Shown here piece after piece: positions 53,666 through 64,000 of a stretch of 64,000 bases of DNA (the first letter of the stretch is position 1; each line of letters opens with the position of its first letter). Source of the DNA: Burkholderiales bacterium (GTDB taxonomy: Bacteria; Pseudomonadota; Gammaproteobacteria; Burkholderiales; JAHFRG01); NCBI GenBank assembly GCA_035543335.1, contig DASZZH010000025.1:184185-248184 (forward strand), in the 5' to 3' direction. Position numbers and translations under genes: made by a program. The notes below the pieces were generated by a model. That model did not search any database. It had not been told where the DNA came from and saw only the letters and a program-made list of their open reading frames with translations.

Positions 53666-53676
53666 GCTCCTCTTCA

Positions 53677-55296
<1,620 letters not shown>

Positions 55297-55336
55297 TCAC
55301 GCACATAAGTCTCACCCGATCGTCCAGAGTATCGCG

Positions 55337-56200
55337 TCATACTGCCGCCGCGCCACCCACGATCTCGGACAACTCCTTGGTAATCGCCGCCTGGCGCGAT
55401 TTGTTGTAGACCAGGGTGAGTTCGTCAATCACGTTGCCGGCGTTGTCGGAAGCCGCTTTCATCGCCACCATGCGCGCCGACTGCTCGGACGCCATGTTTT
55501 CGCACACCGCCTGATAGACCAGCATCTCAATGTAGCGCTTCAATACCTCATCCAGCACATCCTTCGCATCGGGCTCGTAGATGTAGTCCCACCTGCCCCC
55601 CGGCGCGCCCAGTCTCTCGCCCGAGAATGGCAGCAATTGCTCCATCACGGGCTCCTGCTTCATGGTGTTGATGAAGCGGGTGAAGAAAATCATCAAGCGG
55701 CCGAAACGGTCCTGAGTGTAGCCGTCGAGCATAACCTTCACCGCGCCGATGAGTTTTTCCATGTGCGGCTTGTCGCCGAGGCCCACGACCTGCGACACGA
55801 TATTCGCACCTAGGCGCTGCATGAAGCCAAGGCCTTTGTTGCCGATGCAGCAGACCTCGAACTGCTCGCCTTGGGATTCCCACTCTTTCATTCTGCTGAG
55901 GGTGAGCCTGACCACGTTGGTGTTAAGGCCCCCGCACAGGCCCTTGTCGGTGGTAATCAGAATGAGGCCCACTTTCTTCACCGTGTCGCGCTCAACCAAA
56001 AAGGGGTGACGGTATTCGGGATTGGCGTGGGAGAGATGCGCGGCGATGTTGCGGATTTTTTCGCCATAAGGACGGGCGTGTCGCATGCGCTCCTGCGCCC
56101 TGCGCATTTTTGAGGCCGCGACCATTTCCATGGCTTTGGTTATTTTGCGCGTGTTTTGGACGCTTTTTATTTTGTTACGGATTTCCTTTGAGCCGGGCAT
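55337..56200 (-). CDS. atpG: F1 ATP synthase gamma subunit
   Basis: [25 protein letters not shown] and the C-terminal [14 protein letters not shown]. Confidence 0.95.
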   Translation of the reverse strand: MPGSKEIRNKIKSVQNTRKITKAMEMVAASKMRRAQERMRHARPYGEKIRNIAAHLSHANPEYRHPFLVERDTVKKVGLILITTDKGLCGGLNTNVVRLTLSRMKEWESQGEQFEVCCIGNKGLGFMQRLGANIVSQVVGLGDKPHMEKLIGAVKVMLDGYTQDRFGRLMIFFTRFINTMKQEPVMEQLLPFSGERLGAPGGRWDYIYEPDAKDVLDEVLKRYIEMLVYQAVCENMASEQSARMVAMKAASDNAGNVIDELTLVYNKSRQAAITKELSEIVGGAAAV

Positions 56201-56211
56201 GGCAGGTCCTT

Positions 56212-57753
56212 TTAATATGCCGCGTTCTTCTTAAAATCCTTCATTGCTTCATGCAACTTGCCTTCGTCGTCTTTGGACAAATCCTTGGTGTCCTCGATGC
56301 GCTTCACCACGTCTCCATACTTGCCCTTGATGTAATCGCGCATCCCGCGCTCGGCGGAAAGCGCCTTCTTCACATCAATGTCGTCGAAATAACCGTTGTT
56401 CACCGCAAACAGCGTCAACGCCATTTCCCACACCTGCAGCGGTTCGTATTGCGGCTGTTTCATGAGTTCGGTCACCATGCGGCCGCGCTCCAGCTGCTTG
56501 CGGGTCGCTTCATCCAGATCTGAAGCAAACTGCGCAAAAGCCGCCAGCTCGCGGTATTGCGCGAGCGCCAGGCGCACGCCGCCACCCAGCTTTTTAATCA
56601 CCTTGGTCTGCGCCGCTCCGCCCACCCGCGAAACCGAGATGCCGGCGTTGATGGCGGGACGGATGCCTGCGTTGAACAGGTCGGTTTCCAAAAAAATCTG
56701 GCCGTCGGTAATAGAAATCACGTTGGTCGGCACGAACGCAGTCACGTCGCCGGCCTGGGTTTCAATTATCGGCAGCGCTGTCAAACTTCCGGTCCTGCCT
56801 TTGACTTTGCCATTGGTGTAGTGCTCGACATATTCCTCGTTCACCCGCGCTGCGCGCTCCAACAGACGCGAGTGCAGATAAAACACGTCGCCGGGATAGG
56901 CTTCGCGCCCCGGAGGGCGGCGCAGCAGCAGCGAAATCTGCCGATAGGCCCAGGCCTGCTTGGTGAGGTCGTCGTAAATAATCAGCGCGTCCCGGCCGCG
57001 GTCGCGGAAGTACTCGCCCATGCTGCAGCCGGAATAGGGCGCGATGTACTGCATCGCGGCGGATTCGGAGGCGGAAGCCGCCACCACGATGGTATAGGCC
57101 ATGGCGCCGTGCTCTTCGAGCTTCCTCACCACGTTGACGACGCTGGATGCTTTTTGTCCTATCGCGACATAAATACAAATCAGGTCCTTGCCCTGCTGGT
57201 TGATGATGGTGTCCATCGCCACCGCGGTTTTACCCGTCTGGCGGTCGCCGATGATGAGCTCGCGCTGGCCACGGCCAATTGGCACCATGGAGTCAATGGA
57301 CTTCAAGCCGGTTTGCACCGGCTGCGATACCGACTTGCGCCAGATCACCCCCGGCGCGATTTTTTCGATGGGCGAGGTCTCCTTGGCCTGAATCGGGCCT
57401 TTGCCGTCTATAGGCTTGCCAAGCGAGTCCACCACGCGCCCGATCAGCGCTTCGCCCACCGGGACTTCTAGGATGCGGCCGGTGCACTTCACGATATCGC
57501 CTTCGGTGATATGCTCGTATTCGCCCAGCACCACCGAGCCCACCGAGTCGCGCTCCAGATTAAGCGCGAGGCCAAAAGTGTTCTTGGGATATTCCAGCAT
57601 CTCACCCTGCATTACGTCGGAGAGGCCGTGTATGCGGCAGATGCCATCGGTTACGGAAATCACCGTGCCCTGCGTGCGCGATTCCGCCGAAACCGCGAGG
57701 TTCTCGATCTTGTTTTTTATCAGTTCACTGATTTCCGAGGGGTTAACTTGCAT
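56212..57753 (-). CDS. atpA: F1 ATP synthase alpha subunit
   Basis: GDRQTGKT P-loop, 513 aa. Confidence 0.95.
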   Translation of the reverse strand: MQVNPSEISELIKNKIENLAVSAESRTQGTVISVTDGICRIHGLSDVMQGEMLEYPKNTFGLALNLERDSVGSVVLGEYEHITEGDIVKCTGRILEVPVGEALIGRVVDSLGKPIDGKGPIQAKETSPIEKIAPGVIWRKSVSQPVQTGLKSIDSMVPIGRGQRELIIGDRQTGKTAVAMDTIINQQGKDLICIYVAIGQKASSVVNVVRKLEEHGAMAYTIVVAASASESAAMQYIAPYSGCSMGEYFRDRGRDALIIYDDLTKQAWAYRQISLLLRRPPGREAYPGDVFYLHSRLLERAARVNEEYVEHYTNGKVKGRTGSLTALPIIETQAGDVTAFVPTNVISITDGQIFLETDLFNAGIRPAINAGISVSRVGGAAQTKVIKKLGGGVRLALAQYRELAAFAQFASDLDEATRKQLERGRMVTELMKQPQYEPLQVWEMALTLFAVNNGYFDDIDVKKALSAERGMRDYIKGKYGDVVKRIEDTKDLSKDDEGKLHEAMKDFKKNAAY

Positions 57754-57786
57754 TTCTGCTCCTGAACAAAACTGGGGGTTGTGGAT

Positions 57787-58323
57787 TTATCTTGTCAATG
57801 CGGTACGCATCGCTTCCAATTTGCCGCGCACCGTGGCATCGAGAACATGGTCGCCGACCGCGATTTTCACGCCGCCAATTAATTCGGGTTCCACACTTAC
57901 CTGAGTGACGATTTTGCGCTGGTACCTGCCTTCGAGACGGCGCTCCAGTTCGCCCGTCTGTTTTTTGCTCAGTGGAAACGCTGAATCAATCTTCACTTCG
58001 AGCACGCCTTCCTGTTCCGCCTTGAGCGCTTCAAACAACTCCCGGATTTCCGGCAGCAAGGGAAGGCGGTCGTTGCGCTCGAGCACTTGCACGAAATTCC
58101 TGCCCGTGCCATCGAGTTTCTCTCCACAAATACCCAGCAGCAGGTTTTCGGTTTGCTCCGCGCTGAAATTCGGGTTGCCGATGATGGCTTGTACCCGCGG
58201 TTCTGTCACAACCACTTCCAGGTACGCGAGCATGTCCGACCATTTGGCCAAGGTGTTTTTTTCCCTGGCCAGCTTGAATACGGCTTCGGCGTAAGGCCGC
58301 GCAATCGTGACGTTTTCCGCCAT
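57787..58323 (-). CDS. atpH: F1 ATP synthase delta subunit
   Basis: 178 aa. IARPYAEAVF N-terminus (OSCP family) and position in the operon. Confidence 0.9.
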   Translation of the reverse strand: MAENVTIARPYAEAVFKLAREKNTLAKWSDMLAYLEVVVTEPRVQAIIGNPNFSAEQTENLLLGICGEKLDGTGRNFVQVLERNDRLPLLPEIRELFEALKAEQEGVLEVKIDSAFPLSKKQTGELERRLEGRYQRKIVTQVSVEPELIGGVKIAVGDHVLDATVRGKLEAMRTALTR

Positions 58324-58329
58324 GGCGTT

Positions 58330-58800
58330 TTACAGTTCGGTTTGGATGACTTTCAGCAGATCGGCGTGCGCCTTGGCGTCCACTTCACGGCGCAGAATTT
58401 TCTCGGCGCCCGCCACCGCCAAAGCCGCCACCTGGCTGCGCAGCGCTTCCTTGGCGCGGCTCACTTCCTGCGCGATTTCCGCCTTGGCGCCGGCGATCAT
58501 GCGGTTGCCCTCGGCCTTGGCCGCATGCTTGGCTTCCTCGATGATTTGCAGGGCGCGTTTCTCCGCCTGGGCGATGATGTCGGCAGCCCGATGCTTGCCG
58601 TCCTGCAGCACTTCCGCAGAGCGCTTGCCGGCCATTTCCAGCTCCTGCTTGCCGCGTTCCGCAGCGGCAAGGCCGTCGGCGATGCGCTTGTTGCGCTCCG
58701 CCAGCATGCGGGTCAAAGGCCCCCAAAGAAAGCGTTGAATAAACCAAACCAACACCGCAAAGGTGATCATCTGACCAAAAAGCGTTGCCGTTACGTTCAC
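58330..58800 (-). CDS. atpF: Fo ATP synthase subunit b
   Basis: N-terminal TM helix followed by a long charged helix, 156 aa. Confidence 0.9.
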   Translation of the reverse strand: MNVTATLFGQMITFAVLVWFIQRFLWGPLTRMLAERNKRIADGLAAAERGKQELEMAGKRSAEVLQDGKHRAADIIAQAEKRALQIIEEAKHAAKAEGNRMIAGAKAEIAQEVSRAKEALRSQVAALAVAGAEKILRREVDAKAHADLLKVIQTEL

Positions 58801-58818
58801 GTCTCAACTCCTCGAGAA

Positions 58819-59121
58819 TTAACCGCCCGCTGCCTTGATGGCGTTCAGCGCCGCTCCGAGAAACGGATTGGCGAATGTGAAGTACATCGCGAAGGCCAGC
58901 ACGATGAAGGGGAAGGATTCCATCAAGCCGGCAGTGATAAACATCTGTATGCGCAACACCGGCAGCATCTCCGGCTGCCGTGCAATGCCTTCCATATATT
59001 TTGCGCAGATGAGGCCCCAGCCCAACGCGGAACCCAATCCTGCGGCGGCGAGAATAATGCCCACACCCACTGCGGTGTAGGCGTAAATCATGCCGACCAG
59101 ATTAATCATGCCTGATTCCAT
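58819..59121 (-). CDS. atpE: Fo ATP synthase subunit c
   Basis: Two-helix hairpin with the ARQPE loop and a carboxylate in helix 2 (LMESFPF). AGGGAGAG SD before the ATG at 59121. Confidence 0.85.
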   Translation of the reverse strand: MESGMINLVGMIYAYTAVGVGIILAAAGLGSALGWGLICAKYMEGIARQPEMLPVLRIQMFITAGLMESFPFIVLAFAMYFTFANPFLGAALNAIKAAGG

Positions 59122-59171
59122 GCTTTCTCTCCCTAAAAATTACGGCAAAAAATGATTGAAATCTTCTCTAC

Positions 59172-60360
<1,189 letters not shown>

Positions 60361-60619
60361 TTGATTTTTACGGCCGACTCGAAGGATTATGCAGACAGCT
60401 GCTGCATCGCGCAAATTTACAAGTTTAACTGCCGCGGCATTCAGCGGTCAAGCAACGAGCCCACTTGGTTTAGTGCGCTTTTACACCGCCAAAGCCGCGA
60501 TTTCATCCAAACTCCGGACATGGTCTGAAATACCCGGTTCCATCAAATTGACCCCCTACCCAGCTCAGCCTGAGGTGGCCGCTTGATATTCGAAGCCAGC
60601 GGAAGCGGGCCACAACTGG

Positions 60620-60871
60620 CTATTCGCTTTCCTGCTCGATTTTGCGCTCGGTTTCTTCCGCTTTTTTCGCGAGTTCCTTTTCCACATCGGCGGCTTTGTT
60701 CATGGCCTGCCCAGCTTGCTGCAGGCGCTGCCCGGGAAGTTTTTCCGAATCTTTAACCTTTTGCCGGGAAGGATTTTCTGTTTTTGCGGCCGTATCTTTT
60801 TGCTCCCCTTGGCCACAACCGAAGATCAGGATGGCGCCAACAATTGCGGAAAAAAACTTAAAGGCTTTCAC
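60620..60871 (-). CDS. Small putative lipoprotein
   Basis: Signal peptide with a lipobox (ILIFGCG) followed by a charged, low-complexity tail. Confidence 0.5.
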   Translation of the reverse strand: MKAFKFFSAIVGAILIFGCGQGEQKDTAAKTENPSRQKVKDSEKLPGQRLQQAGQAMNKAADVEKELAKKAEETERKIEQESE

Positions 60872-60908
60872 GGCGCGCTTCCTGTTATTGGCGCATCACG
60901 CGCAAATA

Positions 60909-61754
60909 TCAATGCTTGCACAATTTGCTAATGAGGTTGTCCAGCTCGTCGAGGCTGGCGTAATGGACGATGAGTCTTCCCGTGCCGCGCTTACCCGGTT
61001 TGATGTTTACCGTGGCGCCTAATTTCTCCGACAACTCTTCTTGCAGCCTGATAAGGTCGCGGTCGGGTTTTTCGGTTTTCTGGTGAGTGGATTTTTCCCG
61101 CTGCCTGACGAGTCGCTCGATTTGCCGCACCGACAGCCCTTTGTGCGCGACCAGATTGGCCAGTTCAATTTGCTTCGCCGCGCTCAAACCCAGGAGCGCC
61201 CGCGCGTGACCCATGTCAATCCTGCCTTCCAACAGCAATTCCTGCACGGGGGCGGCGAGATTGATGAGTCTGAGCAAATTGGTGACGCCGCTTCTTGAGC
61301 GGCCAATCGCTTCGGCGGCGCTTTGATGGGTCATCTTGAATTCGCTAATCAGCCGCTGGATGCCGCCGGCTTCTTCCAGAGGATTCAAGTCTTCGCGCTG
61401 AATGTTTTCAATCAGCGACATCGCCAGCGCCGCCTCATCAGGCACCTGTCTTACCAGCGCGGGAACTTGGCTCAAACCCGCCATCTGCGCGGCGCGCCAG
61501 CGGCGCTCGCCGGCGATCATTTCATAACGCCCCTTCGGGAGCGGCCGCACCAAAATGGGCTGCATCACGCCCTGGGACTTGATGGATTCGGCCAGTTCCG
61601 CCAGCGATTCTGCGTCCATGCGCGTGCGCGGCTGGTATCTGCCGGGCTGAATCTGGTCTATCGGGAGCGTGGCGAGCTGCTCGCCTTGGTGCGGCGCCTC
61701 GTCGTTTCCCGCGAGGAGCGCATCCAAACCCCGCCCCAAACCTTTAATCTTCAT
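60909..61754 (-). CDS. parB: Chromosome partitioning protein ParB
   Basis: GLGRGLDALL, the ParB box IAGERRWRAA, and an HTH region. Confidence 0.95.
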   Translation of the reverse strand: MKIKGLGRGLDALLAGNDEAPHQGEQLATLPIDQIQPGRYQPRTRMDAESLAELAESIKSQGVMQPILVRPLPKGRYEMIAGERRWRAAQMAGLSQVPALVRQVPDEAALAMSLIENIQREDLNPLEEAGGIQRLISEFKMTHQSAAEAIGRSRSGVTNLLRLINLAAPVQELLLEGRIDMGHARALLGLSAAKQIELANLVAHKGLSVRQIERLVRQREKSTHQKTEKPDRDLIRLQEELSEKLGATVNIKPGKRGTGRLIVHYASLDELDNLISKLCKH

Positions 61755-61787
61755 TCCTTCTTCCCTGTCACGATTCTTTCTTCCCGG

Positions 61788-62570
61788 TCACGCCGCGGTC
61801 GGCAGCTGGCCGTTGCGGCTTAATAGTTCTCCCGCCAGCGCCAGATAAGCCTGCGCGCCCTTAGAGGTTCTATCGTAACGGATTGCGGGCATGCCGTGGC
61901 TCGGCGCCTCAGCCAGACGGATGTTGCGCGGAATAATGGTATCGTAAACCTTGTCTCCGAAGTGCTGCTTTAATTCGTCGGAAACCTGTTGCGCCAGAAG
62001 ATTGCGCGGATCGAACATGGTGCGCAGCAAACCCTCGATTTGCAGCGCGGGGTTGAGGTTGGCGCGTATTTTTTTAACCGTCGAGACCAGATCACTCAAA
62101 CCCTCCAGCGCGTAGTATTCGCACTGCATCGGTATCATCACCGCGTGCGCGGCGCACAAGCCGTTCACCGTAAGCAGGTTGAGCGCCGGCGGACAATCTA
62201 TAAGGATGAAATCGTAGTTGCTTTGAATTTCCTCAAGCGCTGCTTTTAAGCGGTTTTCCCTATCGGGCACTTCCACCAATTCCACTTCCGCGCCGGCCAG
62301 CTCGCGATTGGCGGGAATCAAATCAAACCCACCGCTTGGTGATGCAATCTTGACCTCGCCCAGGGTCGCGCTTCCGAGGAGCACTTGATAAACCGTGCGC
62401 TGCAGGCTGTGCTTGTCGATGCCGCTGCCCATGGTGGCGTTGCCCTGGGGATCGATGTCGATCAGCAGCACCCGGCAGTTTTCCGTAACCAGGCTCGCCG
62501 CAAGATTCACACTGGTGGTGGTTTTCCCCACTCCGCCTTTCTGATTGGTGACTGCAAGAATTTTCGGCAT
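61788..62570 (-). CDS. parA: Chromosome partitioning ATPase ParA/Soj
   Basis: Deviant Walker A NQKGGVGKTTT. Confidence 0.95.
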   Translation of the reverse strand: MPKILAVTNQKGGVGKTTTSVNLAASLVTENCRVLLIDIDPQGNATMGSGIDKHSLQRTVYQVLLGSATLGEVKIASPSGGFDLIPANRELAGAEVELVEVPDRENRLKAALEEIQSNYDFILIDCPPALNLLTVNGLCAAHAVMIPMQCEYYALEGLSDLVSTVKKIRANLNPALQIEGLLRTMFDPRNLLAQQVSDELKQHFGDKVYDTIIPRNIRLAEAPSHGMPAIRYDRTSKGAQAYLALAGELLSRNGQLPTAA

Positions 62571-63194
62571 TCAAGCCGCCTTCACGATGACCAAATGCCG
62601 CTCGGCCTTAAGCCCCGGCACTTTGAGCGGTATCACTTGCTGCATTTTGAATTTCCGCGGCAACCGGGCGAGCTCTTTGTAAGGATAAACGCCTTTCATC
62701 GCGACCACGGTTCCGGTGATCTTGCACAAATGTCCGGCAAGCTCTACATACTCTGGAAGATCGGAAAGCGCGCGCGAAATCACGCAATCGAATTTTTCCT
62801 GCGGCTGAAAGTCTTCCGCGCGCTCGCAGCGCACCGCGACATTGGCAAGCTTCAATTCAATCGCCGCCTGCCTGAGAAATGCGGCTTTCTTGTGGTTGCC
62901 GTCAAGCAGCGTTACCTGCCATTCCTCGCGCGCAATCGCCAGGGGAATCCCCGGCAATCCCGCACCGCTCCCCACATCCACGATGTTTTGCGCTTCAATA
63001 TGCGGTACCACGGCAAGACTATCGAGTAAGTGGTGGCTCACCATTTTCTGCGGCTCGCGCACCGCGGTGAGGTTGTACACCCTGTTCCATTTGTTGATCA
63101 GCGCGAGGTAATTCAACAACCGCTGCTGTGCTTCTGACGACAGCTTAAGCCCCAAGGCGGTAACGCCTTGTTTGAGCTCGTCCGCCAGGCTCAT
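62571..63194 (-). CDS. rsmG: 16S rRNA (guanine527-N7)-methyltransferase RsmG (GidB)
   Basis: SAM motif [15 protein letters not shown]. Located between parA and mnmG. Confidence 0.9.
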   Translation of the reverse strand: MSLADELKQGVTALGLKLSSEAQQRLLNYLALINKWNRVYNLTAVREPQKMVSHHLLDSLAVVPHIEAQNIVDVGSGAGLPGIPLAIAREEWQVTLLDGNHKKAAFLRQAAIELKLANVAVRCERAEDFQPQEKFDCVISRALSDLPEYVELAGHLCKITGTVVAMKGVYPYKELARLPRKFKMQQVIPLKVPGLKAERHLVIVKAA

Positions 63195-64000
63195 GCAGTT
63201 TTTTTATGCTTGGCGTTACAACCGCGCTTCAAATACACGAGCAACAGCGAGATTGCCGCGGGCGTCACTCCGGAAATTCGCGCCGCCTGGCCCAAAGTTT
63301 CCGGCTTGTGCTGGTTGAGCTTTTGCTGCGCTTCGATCGAAAGGCCGCGCACGGAGCGGTAATCCAGGTCTTGCGACAGGCGCGTGTTCTCGTAATTTTG
63401 GCGGCGCGCGACTTCGTCGCGCTGGCGCTCGATATAGCCGCGGTATTTGGTCTGGATTTCCACCTGCTCCGCGACTTTTTCGTCCTGCACGGCCGGCCCC
63501 GCCCCAGGCAACGTTACGAGCGAGTCATAGGTCACATTGGGCCGGCGCAGCAATTCTTCGAGCGTATATTCGCGCTCTATCGCTGCGCCCAGCACGCGCT
63601 CCGCTTCGCTTTGCGGCAAAAGTTTCGGATTAACCCAGGTGCTTTTCAGCCGCTCATGCTCGCGAGCAACCGCTTCGCGTTTATTCTCGAATTGCTCCCA
63701 GCGCGCATTATCCACTACGCCGAGACGCCGTCCGATTTCGGTAAGCCGCAGGTCGGCATTGTCCTCGCGCAGCTGCAGGCGGTATTCGGCGCGGCTGGTA
63801 AACATGCGGTAGGGCTCGGAAAGGCCGCGTGTAATCAAGTCATCCACCAGCACGCCGAGATAGGCCTCGTCGCGGCGCGGACACCAGGGTTCCTTGCCTT
63901 GCACCAAAAGTCCCGCGTTGATTCCGGCGAGCAGGCCCTGCGCCGCCGCTTCCTCGTAGCCAGTGGTGCCGTTGATTTGTCCGGCGAAGAACAAATTTTT
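63191..64000 (-). CDS. mnmG: tRNA uridine 5-carboxymethylaminomethyl modification enzyme MnmG (GidA), C-terminal part (5' end outside the window)
   Basis: [27 protein letters not shown] and the C-terminal [15 protein letters not shown]. The frame stays open to the window edge. Confidence 0.95.
   Translation of the reverse strand, partial: KNLFFAGQINGTTGYEEAAAQGLLAGINAGLLVQGKEPWCPRRDEAYLGVLVDDLITRGLSEPYRMFTSRAEYRLQLREDNADLRLTEIGRRLGVVDNARWEQFENKREAVAREHERLKSTWVNPKLLPQSEAERVLGAAIEREYTLEELLRRPNVTYDSLVTLPGAGPAVQDEKVAEQVEIQTKYRGYIERQRDEVARRQNYENTRLSQDLDYRSVRGLSIEAQQKLNQHKPETLGQAARISGVTPAAISLLLVYLKRGCNAKHKKTA

Overview
This window looks like a chromosomal segment of a roughly 55-60% GC proteobacterium. 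The gene order appears betaproteobacterial, but I cannot verify the taxon. All protein calls come from motifs read in the supplied translations, with no database search.

Most of the window is conserved housekeeping:
- recN 3' end, an SDR, cspA, gloA, a rubredoxin missing from the ORF track, thiD, thiE, hemL and a GNAT.
- ccsA, ccsB, cytochrome c4, engB, hemB and mrcA, which is divergent from pilMNOPQ-aroK-aroB.
- An HD-domain dGTPase-like gene, gltBD, hemE, priA, argS, a SPOR protein, dsbA and a second SDR.
- glmS, glmU, glpD, the complete atpIBEFHAGDC operon, and parB-parA-rsmG-mnmG (origin-proximal gene order).

Three accessory patches interrupt this backbone:
1. 34.2-39.8 kb is a chromosomal integron between priA and argS. 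It has an intI split by a frameshift in an A7 run, an attI junction, and about six minus-strand cassette ORFs bounded by attC sites. The cassette boundaries can be confirmed from R''/R' complementarity. The cassettes include an AlbA_2/Schlafen-like protein and two orphan proteins, which are the best candidates for something undescribed.
2. 43.6-45.5 kb is a translationally coupled DUF2235-hydrolase / macro-domain / DUF167 operon.
3. 45.9-48.3 kb lies between yjbQ and glmS. It holds three copies of the yjbQ 3' end bracketing a metallophosphoesterase gene, a Fic gene and an hsdS remnant.

Several non-coding repeat families are also present. One has conserved internal blocks but copy-specific terminal inverted repeats, and one of its copies supplies the start codon of thiE. 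No rRNA, tRNA or CRISPR array was seen.
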